From: Acidobacteriota bacterium
GTDB lineage: Bacteria; Acidobacteriota; Thermoanaerobaculia; Multivoradales; UBA5704
NCBI GenBank assembly: GCA_040005235.1
Contig: JBDTZG010000003.1
Location: 160,001-224,000 of the forward strand
DNA length: 64,000 nucleotides
Direction: 5' to 3'
The notes beneath the pieces were generated by a model, which had not been told where the DNA came from, did not search any database, and was given only the letters and a program-made list of their open reading frames with translations. The position numbers and the translations under genes were made by a program. Positions 10,555 through 19,320 of this stretch are shown here, piece after piece. How positions within the stretch are numbered: position 1 is the stretch's first letter; every line of letters starts with the position of its first letter.

Positions 10555-11364
10555 ATGCCCTTCCGCCGTGCCCTGCTTCTTGCCTTCCTGCTGATCGCCC
10601 TTGGGCTCGTGTTCGTAGGTCCCGTCTCTTCTTGGGCGGGCAGCCCGGATGCGTATCGCCGCCTGACGCTCTGGGGAAGCCCGTTCGGGGTTCTAATGCT
10701 CTCGACTCTCCTGGTCCCTCGCGGCGGTCCGGGAGGTTCGTTGCACGGTGCTGCCGGCGGCCGGACCGGCAGGGTCGTCGTCGCTGGGTTCGCCGCGCTG
10801 CTGGCCGACCTGCTCTATCTCGGTTACGCCCAGGCATCCCATGCGGCCACCTTTACCTATGGCGCGCAGAAGCTAGCGAACGGCCGGCTGGCGTGGGTCA
10901 TGATTTGGGCGCTGCCGATGTGGGTCGCTCTCGGTGTGTTCGCCTGGGAGCGCGCCCTGCGGGCCGGGGTCTACTCCGGCTTGCGCGTGCAGTTGGGGCC
11001 CTTCGGCGCGGGAGCGGTCGCCGCGCTCGCCGGGACGACGCTCGCGCTGCCGGCGATTCTGCCCGGCGGCGAGGTGCGGGACGCCGGATTCGTCGCGGCC
11101 GGGTTGGTGGCAATCATTGCGCGCGAGGCGGTTTGCACGATCCTGTTCGTCCGCGGCGGTTTGCTCACCGCCGGGGTTTTCCGCGGCGTTTCGATGTTCC
11201 TCGAAGCGTTCGTGATCGCCGATTGGAACTCCCTCTACTTTCCCGGATTCCAGGTCGTTTCCAACACCCCCTCGTTCTACCTGGCGCGGGCCTCAGCGGC
11301 CCTGCTCTCCGTCGCGGCGGCGTTGCTTTTGACCCGCTACTCTTCTCGAGAGGTCTCGTCATGA
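10555..11364 (+). CDS. Multi-pass membrane protein (degenerate CPBP/Abi-like possible)
   Basis: About 7-8 hydrophobic segments; converges on the TPR gene. Confidence 0.65.
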   Translation: MPFRRALLLAFLLIALGLVFVGPVSSWAGSPDAYRRLTLWGSPFGVLMLSTLLVPRGGPGGSLHGAAGGRTGRVVVAGFAALLADLLYLGYAQASHAATFTYGAQKLANGRLAWVMIWALPMWVALGVFAWERALRAGVYSGLRVQLGPFGAGAVAALAGTTLALPAILPGGEVRDAGFVAAGLVAIIAREAVCTILFVRGGLLTAGVFRGVSMFLEAFVIADWNSLYFPGFQVVSNTPSFYLARASAALLSVAAALLLTRYSSREVSS

Positions 11365-11394
11365 GCGAGGCGAAGAAGTAAGGCCGAAACTCGA

Positions 11395-12600
11395 CTACCC
11401 CGCGAACGGCCGATCGAGGAATTCCTTCGCCCGGTCGCGGGCGTCGCCGACGCTCTTCATGGCGAGGACCTCGCGGTAGCAGCGGAGCGCCTCGTCGCGA
11501 CGGCCGAGGGCGTCGTAGGCCATGCCGCGGCGAAGGCGGCCGACCGCCTGGTAGTAGGCGTCGTAGGTGTGCTCCGAGGCGAGGAACTCAAGCCGGTCGA
11601 GATATTCGAGCGCGCCGTCGTAGCGGCGCTGCCCCATCTCGACCCGGGCGAGCCAATAGAGCGCCTCTTCGGCCACTGCTCCGCTGTAACCAGGTGCGCC
11701 CTCCACCTGGCGCTCGGCGACTTCCTGGAGGATCACCCCGGCTTCGGCCCAGCGCCCCCAGCGGGCGTACATCCGGCCCTCGGCGACGTGGAACAGCGAG
11801 TTCGTGGGATAGGCCTGCCGCAGCTGCGCCAGCTCGGCCGAGGCGCGCGGGAGATCTCCTTCGAACTGGTCGAGGATCTGGAACAAGGCATAGCGCGCCT
11901 CGGTCTTCGAGAACCGGCTGCGTTCGGCGGCGCGGCGCAGCTCCGCCATGCCGCGCGCCTTGTCACCTTTGGGAAAGAGCCGGGCGATCGGCCTCAACCA
12001 CTTGTAGCGCTCGGGCACCGCCTCCACCAGGTAGTCGAAAAGTCCGATGCCGAAGGCGAGGTCGTCGTTGTTGGGGTCGCGCTTCGCCAAGCGCCGCATG
12101 TCTTTAAGTGCCCGGCGCCCGTCGAGTCCCGCGCGCATCCAACTCCCCCGATAGGTGGCGAGGCGCGCCCGGAACGCCGAGGCTCCCGCCTCGAAGAACA
12201 GGCCGTCGACGTCGTTGTCGTTTTTGCGTAACCGGCGTTTGGCCAGATCGAGCGAGCGGTCGATATGGGTGAGGAAATCGGCGTCGAGCGAACTGTTTTC
12301 CGGATCGATCAGCAGGCGCCACCAGGGGACCAGCGCGCGCAGCAGCGGCCCGGCCGGATGCTCGGGAAAATGCCGCTCGACCTCGGCGAACTGCGCCTCG
12401 GCGGCCGGAAAATCCATCGAGTACAGCCGGTCGAGCCCGGCGAGCACCCGCTCGCGGAAGTAGGGATCGTCGAAGATCGAAGCCGGCCGCCGCGCTGCCG
12501 GTACCGCCGCGGCGCGGGCGGGCGTAACCGCGGATCCGAAGAGGCCGAAAGCGAAGAGGAGGGCGGAAACGAATGCGGTGCGGCGAAGAGCTGTCAACAC
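11395..12600 (-). CDS. Secreted tetratricopeptide repeat protein
   Basis: Signal peptide; TPR-like helices (EALYWLARV, RRGMAYDALGRRDEALRCYREVL). Confidence 0.85.
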   Translation of the reverse strand: MLTALRRTAFVSALLFAFGLFGSAVTPARAAAVPAARRPASIFDDPYFRERVLAGLDRLYSMDFPAAEAQFAEVERHFPEHPAGPLLRALVPWWRLLIDPENSSLDADFLTHIDRSLDLAKRRLRKNDNDVDGLFFEAGASAFRARLATYRGSWMRAGLDGRRALKDMRRLAKRDPNNDDLAFGIGLFDYLVEAVPERYKWLRPIARLFPKGDKARGMAELRRAAERSRFSKTEARYALFQILDQFEGDLPRASAELAQLRQAYPTNSLFHVAEGRMYARWGRWAEAGVILQEVAERQVEGAPGYSGAVAEEALYWLARVEMGQRRYDGALEYLDRLEFLASEHTYDAYYQAVGRLRRGMAYDALGRRDEALRCYREVLAMKSVGDARDRAKEFLDRPFAG

Positions 12601-12642
12601 GGGGAAAGCTTACTCTCGTTTGAAGAAAACGGAACTCGGGCG

Positions 12643-13353
12643 CTAGGGTTTGCGCGCCGGGACGGCTCGCAGGACGATCGTCACCTCGCTGCCGTCCGGC
12701 GGCAGCACGCCGTCGCGCACCCGGAAGGTCGTGGTCTTGTTCGTGTAGTCGCGCACCGTGTAGGCGCGATTGCCGATTTTGCTGCCGGGGCAGGAATAGA
12801 GGCAGATCAGGCATCCCGAGTGCGACAGGTGGATGTTGCCTTCGTGGCCGCCGAACCGCATGTCGAATCCGCGCCGGGCCGGGTCGGTGAGGACGTCGCC
12901 CAACCCGAGCAGTTTCTTGCCGCCCGGCAGGCGAACCAGCACCTCGATCCCCGGCCCTTCGATCAACTTGTCGCTCGCAGGCGATTGTGCGTCGTTGCGA
13001 TCGTTCCAGGTCTCCATGCCAAGGGCGTTGCCGGGTTTCAATCCCAGCCGTTCGAGCGCGGCGAGAATCGCCCCGTCCGAGACCCGAGAAAGAAACAGCG
13101 CCGCCCCGGCAGCCCCCCCTTCTTTCCAGACCAGAAGGTGATACCCCGGCATGCCGAAGCCGAGCAGCTCGCGCTCGAACTTGGCGCGGTTGACCACCGC
13201 GGGAAGCTCGATGCGATCGCGATAGGCCCGGATCAAGCTGCCGCCATCGTCCGATCCGCCCGAAGAGGCCCGGCAAGCGCCGGCCGCCACCAGGCTTTGA
13301 AGCGCGAGGACGAGGACCGCGAAGCGGCGCGTGAGCCTGGACATAGGCATCAC
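12643..13353 (-). CDS. YdjY-like exported Cys-motif protein
   Basis: Signal/lipoprotein-like N-terminus; GCLICLYSCP motif as in the YdjY family; start overlaps the halogenase stop. Confidence 0.7.
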   Translation of the reverse strand: MMPMSRLTRRFAVLVLALQSLVAAGACRASSGGSDDGGSLIRAYRDRIELPAVVNRAKFERELLGFGMPGYHLLVWKEGGAAGAALFLSRVSDGAILAALERLGLKPGNALGMETWNDRNDAQSPASDKLIEGPGIEVLVRLPGGKKLLGLGDVLTDPARRGFDMRFGGHEGNIHLSHSGCLICLYSCPGSKIGNRAYTVRDYTNKTTTFRVRDGVLPPDGSEVTIVLRAVPARKP

Positions 13354-14675
13354 GAGCCTTCCGTGGCCGGAGCGGCGGCTCGGTTGCGGACCTCTTCCGG
13401 GGAGCCCACGGCCGCCCGGGCGAGCAGCGACCAGCGCTCGCGCCGGGGCTGGAACGGGAAAAGGCGCTGGGCGAAGCAGAAGAAATCAAACAGCCTCAGG
13501 CGCCAACGGATCGAGAAGGCGGGCCGCGGAAAGACTTCGCCCGCGAGCAGCGAGATGAACGCGCGGTGGATTTGGAGCGGTCCTACGCCGGACATGAACA
13601 GATCGCGGAACGCCGGATCGTAGAACCGGTCGACAATGCGGAAGAACGCCGAGGAGCTCCCCTCGATGTAGCGAATGTAGCGCCGCCGCGCGGGATGGGC
13701 CTTCCCGCCGGCGATCAGCCCTGCCACCTCTTCGGCGGCGCGCACGGCGCTCATCATCGCCAGGCAGACACCGGTTGAGAAGATCGGATCGACGAACGTG
13801 GCGGCATCGCCCACCAGAAAATAGCCCGGCCCGGCGTAGGGGGTGCAGCGGTAGGAGAAATCGGCGATCACGCCATTGTTGCCCGAGAATTCGGCGTTCT
13901 GGGTCAAACCGGCGACCAGCGGCGAGCGCTCGATTCCCCAGGCGAGCATGCGGTCGGCCGGCACGTTCGCCTGTCGGGCGCGGTAGTCGTCGAGCACCAG
14001 ACCGATCGAGGTCCGCTCCTCGTCGAGCGGGATCACCCAGAACCACCCCTCCTCGCACATGACGATGCGGATGTAGCCGCCTTCCACCCCGGGCGCGCGC
14101 TCGACACCCTTGAAGTGGCCGAAGTAGGCCACCTTCTTCAAGTGCGGCAGAACCCGCCGGAGACCCAGGTGCTTGCCCACCACGGTCGATTGGCCGGAGG
14201 CGTCGATCAGCCAACGGCCCGAGATCGTGCGGCCGTCCGACAGCTCGACCGCCACGTCACCGTCGGCGAGGCGCGGAAAGCCGCGCACGGCGCACCCTTC
14301 GACCACCTCGGCGCCGGCTTCGCGCGCGGCGTCGAGCAGCATCGCGTCGAACGGCCCGCGTTCGAGGTTCATGGCGCGATCCGAACCGGGAACCAGGCCG
14401 TCGGAGAAGCGGATCGAGCCTCCGTCGCGGCCATGGCCGGTGATGAAATCGGCGCCGAGCTTCGGGATCTGCGGCAGCTTCGCCGCCCGTTCGGCAAGAC
14501 CCAGATCTTGGATCAGCTGGAAATTGCGCGGCAGGAGCGATTCGCCGATGTGGAAATGGGGAAACGTCGCGCGGTCGATAACCAGCGCCCGAAGACCTTT
14601 GCGCGCCAGCGTAAGGGCTGCGGTCGACCCACCCGGGCCGGCACCGAGGATCAGGGCGTCGTAGGTTTCGTTCAT
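13350..14675 (-). CDS. FAD-dependent halogenase-family oxidoreductase
   Basis: GAGPGG Rossmann motif, HIGESLLP, WFWVIP (WxWxIP), GDAATFVDPIFSTGV. Confidence 0.85.
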   Translation of the reverse strand: MNETYDALILGAGPGGSTAALTLARKGLRALVIDRATFPHFHIGESLLPRNFQLIQDLGLAERAAKLPQIPKLGADFITGHGRDGGSIRFSDGLVPGSDRAMNLERGPFDAMLLDAAREAGAEVVEGCAVRGFPRLADGDVAVELSDGRTISGRWLIDASGQSTVVGKHLGLRRVLPHLKKVAYFGHFKGVERAPGVEGGYIRIVMCEEGWFWVIPLDEERTSIGLVLDDYRARQANVPADRMLAWGIERSPLVAGLTQNAEFSGNNGVIADFSYRCTPYAGPGYFLVGDAATFVDPIFSTGVCLAMMSAVRAAEEVAGLIAGGKAHPARRRYIRYIEGSSSAFFRIVDRFYDPAFRDLFMSGVGPLQIHRAFISLLAGEVFPRPAFSIRWRLRLFDFFCFAQRLFPFQPRRERWSLLARAAVGSPEEVRNRAAAPATEGS

Positions 14676-14750
14676 CTCGGACCAAGTCGTTCCCCGCGCT
14701 CCGCGCCGCTGGAGTCGACCCGGGGCGCGAGATGCAGGGAGGGTGAGGGC

Positions 14751-15449
14751 CTAGGCGCGGCGGCTGCCGCCGCCCAAGACACCGGCGCGGAACAGGTAGT
14801 AGACGACAGTCATCAGCGACGAGACGACCGCCGCGACGTAGGTCATGGCGGCGGCGTTCAGCACCCGATCCATCCCCTCGCGCTCCTGGGGCAGAATCAG
14901 GCCGTTGTCCACCGCGAGCTTCTTGGCGCGGGCCGAGGCGTCGAATTCGACCGGCAGGGTGACGATCTGAAACACCAGCACCGCCGAGAAGATCAGAGCG
15001 CCGAGCACGACGATTTTCGGCGAGTGGAAGATCAAGCCACCGAGCATGACGAAGTAGCCGATTTTGGAACCGATGCCCGCGGTCGGCACCAGGGCCGAGC
15101 GCAACCCGAGCGGTCCGTAATGGGTCGCATGTTGGATCGCATGCCCCGCCTCGTGGCAGGCGACGCCGACCGCGGCGATCGACCGCTGGGCGTAGACCGG
15201 CTCCGACAGAGCGAGCGTCTTGGTCGACGGGTCGTAATGGTCAGAAAGCGAACCAGGGTGCGCGACGATGCTTACGTCCGAGATACCCCCGGCCCGCAGC
15301 ATCTCTGCGGCCGCTTGAGCCCCGGTCAATCCCCGCAGGCTCGGCACCTGGGAGTACTTTTTAAACGCCGACCGCGTGCGCCAGCTCGCCCAGAGCGAGA
15401 ACAGGAGCGCGGGACCGACGAAGACGAAATAGATGGGGTCGAAGTACAT
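14751..15449 (-). CDS. Neutral zinc metallopeptidase (YugP-like)
   Basis: LSDHYDP, HEAGH zinc motif, TLPVEFDASARA, AAAMTYV. Confidence 0.92.
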   Translation of the reverse strand: MYFDPIYFVFVGPALLFSLWASWRTRSAFKKYSQVPSLRGLTGAQAAAEMLRAGGISDVSIVAHPGSLSDHYDPSTKTLALSEPVYAQRSIAAVGVACHEAGHAIQHATHYGPLGLRSALVPTAGIGSKIGYFVMLGGLIFHSPKIVVLGALIFSAVLVFQIVTLPVEFDASARAKKLAVDNGLILPQEREGMDRVLNAAAMTYVAAVVSSLMTVVYYLFRAGVLGGGSRRA

Positions 15450-15602
15450 GGACTTCCTCCTTCGCCGAAGTGTAACAGTTGGCGGGCGACGGGCATTTCA
15501 GGAGGGGAGGGAGGGGCGCGGGTGGCCGTTCGGAGGTTGCCGGAACTACGGCCAGCATGCGCTCCGAAGGCCGAGCTGGTGCTCGGCGGTCCCGGGAAAA
15601 AG

Positions 15603-16019
15603 CTACTCCTCCACGATCTCCCGGCCCCCCTCGCCCGACCTTCGAAGCGAGAAGCGCACGGCTCCGGGGACTTCGAAGGGGAGGCGCTCGGCCCATTCGA
15701 TGAGTTTTAGGCCGGGGCCGGCTAAGAGCTCTTCTAAACCGATGGCTTCTGCCTCTTCGGGCTTCAAGCGGTAGAGGTCGGCGTGGATCAGGCGGCCTTT
15801 CGGGCCTTGGTGCTCGCGGATGAGGGTGAAGGTGGGCGATTGGATTTCGTTCGGATCGATGCCGAGGTGGAGGGCGACACCTCTTGCAAGGACGGTCTTG
15901 CCGGCTCCGAGGTCGCCGTCCAAGAGGAGGGCGGCGTCCGGGGGGAGCGATTCGGCAATCTGGCGGCCGATCGCGACGGTCTCGTCTTCGTTTGCAGAGA
16001 GGAAGCGCCGGGCGGCCAT
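15603..16019 (-). CDS. tsaE: tRNA threonylcarbamoyladenosine biosynthesis ATPase TsaE
   Basis: GDLGAGKT, SPTFTLI, HADLYRL, LIEWAE; start reassigned to ATG 16019 just after nnr. Confidence 0.93.
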   Translation of the reverse strand: MAARRFLSANEDETVAIGRQIAESLPPDAALLLDGDLGAGKTVLARGVALHLGIDPNEIQSPTFTLIREHQGPKGRLIHADLYRLKPEEAEAIGLEELLAGPGLKLIEWAERLPFEVPGAVRFSLRRSGEGGREIVEE

Positions 16020-16024
16020 CGGGT

Positions 16025-17584
16025 TCACTCCTCGGCGAGGCGGCGAGCGGCGGCGGGGAGATGGTCGATTAGGTCGGAGGCGGCGAGCTTCGCCAGCCCG
16101 GGATCTTCGGTCCCCTGCGACTCGACGGCAAGGTCGCCTGCGAGGCCGTGGAGGTAGACGCCGAGGCGGGCGGCGTCGAGCGGTTCGAGGCCTTGGGCGA
16201 GAAGGGCGGCGAGCAGACCGGTGAGGACGTCGCCCGCTCCGCCCGTCGCCATGCCGGAATTGCCGGTCGGGTTGATCCAAACGCCCGCTTCGCTCGCGAT
16301 CAGCGTCCGGTGCCCTTTGAGGACGACCACGGCGCCGGTTTCGGTCGCGGCGCGGCGGGCGGCGGCCAGGCGATCGGCTTGCACTTCCGGGGTGGATAGG
16401 CCGAGCAGGCGGCCCAGCTCTCCGGGGTGGGGGGTGAGGATCGCCGGGGCGCGGCGGGCGACGAGGTCGGAGGCGGCACCCGCGAAGGCGTTCAGCCCGT
16501 CGGCGTCGAGTACAAACGGTATTTCGGTTTCGAGCGCGATCCGGCGGATTTCGGCCTGCGCTACGGCACTTTGGCCGAGCCCCGGGCCGATCGCGAGGGC
16601 GGTCTTGCCCCGGGAGGCGGCGAGCGCCGCGTCGGCGGCTCCCGCTCCCAGCTCCCCCTCCGGTCCGGCCGGCAGCGCATGCGTCATCGATTCGAGCGAG
16701 CCGAGGTCGACCGTCGGGAGGATCGGCTCCGGCACGGCGACGGTGACCAGGCCGGCTCCGCCACGCACGGCGGCTTTGGCGGCGAGGATCGCCGCCCCCG
16801 ATTTGCCGGGCGACCCCGCGACCAGCAGCGCGTGGCCGGCGCTTCCTTTATGCGCCTCCGCCGCGCGGCGCGGCAGGAGCGGGGCGAGATCTTCTGGGGT
16901 CATCAGGAAGAGATCGCCGTCGGCCTCGTCGATCAGCCAGGGGGGAAATCCCAGCTCGGCGATCGCGAGCGCGCCGCAGGCTTCGGCGGCAGGCGACAGC
17001 ACGTGCGGGATCTTTGGCGCTGCGAACGTGACCGTGAGGTCGGCCACAATGTGGGGCCCGAAGAGGTCGGCGCGGCTTCCCGAAAGACCGCTCGGCACGT
17101 CGACCGCGACGATCGGCAGCCCCAGGTCGCCGAGCGCTTCGACCAGCCGGGCGGGGAACCCTTCAAGCGGCCGGTCGAGACCGATGCCGAAGAGTGCGTC
17201 GACCGCCAGGTCATACCCCTTCGCCCGCGCCAATACCTCAGCGGGATCGGAATCGGCGGCCAAGTCCTCGATCGGCAGCCCAAGTTGCCGGCAGATCGAA
17301 AGCTGCATCGCGGCGTCGCCGACAAACTCGCGCCCGCCGAGCACCAGGAAGATCAGCACCTGAACACCGCGCGCGTCGAGCCGGCGGGCGATCGCGAGGC
17401 CGTCTCCCCCATTGTTGCCCGGTCCGCAGAAGATTGCCGCGGAGGAGGCGTCCCGATAGCGCTCGAAGATCGCTTCGACCACCCCGAGCGCGGCGTTTTC
17501 CATCAATACCAGGCCGGGAATGCCGATCTCGCGGATCGCTCTTTGATCGAGCGCGCGCATCGCCTCGGCGGTCAAAACTTTCAT
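16025..17584 (-). CDS. nnr: Bifunctional NAD(P)H-hydrate epimerase/dehydratase
   Basis: LMENAA, GPGNNGGDG, VDVPSG, GPGLG, DADGLN, TPHPGE, ATGGAGDVL; start MKVLTAE. Confidence 0.93.
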   Translation of the reverse strand: MKVLTAEAMRALDQRAIREIGIPGLVLMENAALGVVEAIFERYRDASSAAIFCGPGNNGGDGLAIARRLDARGVQVLIFLVLGGREFVGDAAMQLSICRQLGLPIEDLAADSDPAEVLARAKGYDLAVDALFGIGLDRPLEGFPARLVEALGDLGLPIVAVDVPSGLSGSRADLFGPHIVADLTVTFAAPKIPHVLSPAAEACGALAIAELGFPPWLIDEADGDLFLMTPEDLAPLLPRRAAEAHKGSAGHALLVAGSPGKSGAAILAAKAAVRGGAGLVTVAVPEPILPTVDLGSLESMTHALPAGPEGELGAGAADAALAASRGKTALAIGPGLGQSAVAQAEIRRIALETEIPFVLDADGLNAFAGAASDLVARRAPAILTPHPGELGRLLGLSTPEVQADRLAAARRAATETGAVVVLKGHRTLIASEAGVWINPTGNSGMATGGAGDVLTGLLAALLAQGLEPLDAARLGVYLHGLAGDLAVESQGTEDPGLAKLAASDLIDHLPAAARRLAEE

Positions 17585-18303
17585 CGGGCCACCTCCGAGG
17601 GAATCGGCGGCACCCTTCCCCACGATTCGAGCAACGCGCGCGTCCGGGGACATCCGAGGTCGGCGCCCTCAAGGCTCCGGGCGAGGCGGGCGAGATCGGC
17701 GGGGGTGTCGCAGTCGGAGCCGGTAGGAAGCAGCTCGACCCGCAGGCCCAGCTCCGTTGCCCGGGCGAGCGTCGCGGCGAGCACCCGCTCGGTGCTCCAT
17801 TCGATCTCGGCGAACAACCGGGGGGAGAGCGCGCGGCGGGCGACCGCGATCAGGTAATAGCCACCGTCGTCGGCCGGGCCGAGCACGACGTCCGCTCCCG
17901 CTTCGACGCGCGCGAACGCCTCTTCTACCGCCGACACGGGGAGCGTCGGATGGTCCGAGCCGAGCGCGGCGACGATTCGATCCGGCCCGCCCGCCGTTGC
18001 CAGGGCGCCGTACAGGCGGGTTCCCAGATCGGCGCCCTGTTGGCGAACGCCGGGAAAGCCGTAAAGATCAGGAATCGACTCCCCTTCGGGCAGGTCGTCG
18101 AGCGCCCAGGCGATGGTGGTCGTAAATGCTCCACCGCGCAGGCGGTCGAGCAGATCCTCGACGAACGCGGCGTGGATCTCAGCCGCCTGTTCTTTCGAGA
18201 GCCCTTCGGGCGGAGCGCCGATCAGCCGGGTCTTTACCCGGCCTGCCCGCGCGGGTTTGGTGAACAGGAGCAGGCGGCGTTCGGATAGGCTCACGAAAGC
18301 CAT
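17581..18303 (-). CDS. DUF2064/TIGR04282-type glycosyltransferase-like protein
   Basis: KP..GRVKTRL, QQGADLG, GSDHP, GPADDGGYYLI, WST, DCDTPADL. Confidence 0.85.
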   Translation of the reverse strand: MAFVSLSERRLLLFTKPARAGRVKTRLIGAPPEGLSKEQAAEIHAAFVEDLLDRLRGGAFTTTIAWALDDLPEGESIPDLYGFPGVRQQGADLGTRLYGALATAGGPDRIVAALGSDHPTLPVSAVEEAFARVEAGADVVLGPADDGGYYLIAVARRALSPRLFAEIEWSTERVLAATLARATELGLRVELLPTGSDCDTPADLARLARSLEGADLGCPRTRALLESWGRVPPIPSEVAR

Positions 18304-18425
18304 TCTACCTATCGGTCGGAGGGGGTAGCGAAATCGAGATCGAGTTGGAGCTAAAATAGGTGAAGGTTCGGCCCCCAGAGCGGCCGGTAAGCGTGCGGGA
18401 GGGGCCGGGGAAAGAGGGGTGTGCG

Positions 18426-18635
18426 ATGACTCAGTGGGAATACAAGATCATCAACATTCGAAGCGAAAACTACCGGCTCGACCCGAACGCCGCCGTGCAG
18501 ATGAACCTGCTCGGCGAAGAGGGGTGGGAGCTGGTCTCGATCACCTCGGTAAACTTCAAGTCCGGCGCGACCGATAACATTGCGATGGTGTTCAAGCGGC
18601 CGACCGGTGCGGCGCCGGCCTCCAGCGCCGCCTAG
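18426..18635 (+). CDS. DUF4177 family small protein
   Basis: MTQWEYK...NLLGEEGWELVS...VFKRP pattern. Confidence 0.85.
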   Translation: MTQWEYKIINIRSENYRLDPNAAVQMNLLGEEGWELVSITSVNFKSGATDNIAMVFKRPTGAAPASSAA

Positions 18636-18850
18636 CGCTTCGGGCGCGTCCGCTTCTTGCGCCAGGCCCAAGCCAGCGCGAAGCCGACGGTCCCGGCCGC
18701 CACCGCAAGCAGCAGCGGCTGCTTTTTCGGCACGATACCGAGATCGCGCGATACCGCGTCGCGTACGGCGAGCGCGCGGCGCTCGGCTTCGCTGCGCGCT
18801 TCGGCGAGCAGCATTTCCGCCCTCTGGCGGCTCTCTTCGAGCGAGCTCAC
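18632..18850 (-). CDS. Small tail-anchored membrane protein
   Basis: 72 aa, C-terminal TM followed by basic tail; start overlaps the stop of the upstream gene. Confidence 0.6.
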   Translation of the reverse strand: MSSLEESRQRAEMLLAEARSEAERRALAVRDAVSRDLGIVPKKQPLLLAVAAGTVGFALAWAWRKKRTRPKR

Positions 18851-19317
18851 GGCAGTTCCTCCTCGAAATCATCGTACGGCGGGTCGCTTCGCCTGGATTT
18901 TTTACCTTCGCGAGTTTCGCCGGCATCGGCCGCTTCCGCCGTGGCGAGCAGCCGGCCCTGCACCCAATCGATGTGGTCTTCGAGGCGGCGGCGGGCGACG
19001 CCGATCGGGTTTTCCACCTGGGCGACGCTCTTTTGCCCGAGGGCCGCGAGGCCGGCCGCCACCACGGCGAAGACCAGCGCGACGATCAACCCCGCAGCCC
19101 ACAGCGGCAGCCAGGTCGCAAGGCCGGCGATGGCGGCCACCACCAGCGCGCCGACCGCCCAGAAGCCGAGCGCCACCGCGCCGCCGAACAGGCCGACGCC
19201 ACGCTTCAGGTGATGACCGGAGCGCGCAAAATCATCCTCCAGCCCCTGAAGCTCGGCGCGTAGCACGTCGAGCCACGATTGACCCAGCTCGCGGACCAGC
19301 CTTCCCCAGCCCCCCAC
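18847..19317 (-). CDS. Holin-X/YqjE-like membrane protein
   Basis: Amphipathic N-terminus (LRAEL), two TM helices, LPLWAAGLIV motif. Confidence 0.75.
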   Translation of the reverse strand: MGGWGRLVRELGQSWLDVLRAELQGLEDDFARSGHHLKRGVGLFGGAVALGFWAVGALVVAAIAGLATWLPLWAAGLIVALVFAVVAAGLAALGQKSVAQVENPIGVARRRLEDHIDWVQGRLLATAEAADAGETREGKKSRRSDPPYDDFEEELP

Positions 19318-19320
19318 GAC

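Noticed and set aside
18632-19317. Holin-like gene as evidence for a prophage
   Set aside because: Holin-X/YqjE-type genes are common chromosomal genes and no phage genes are nearby
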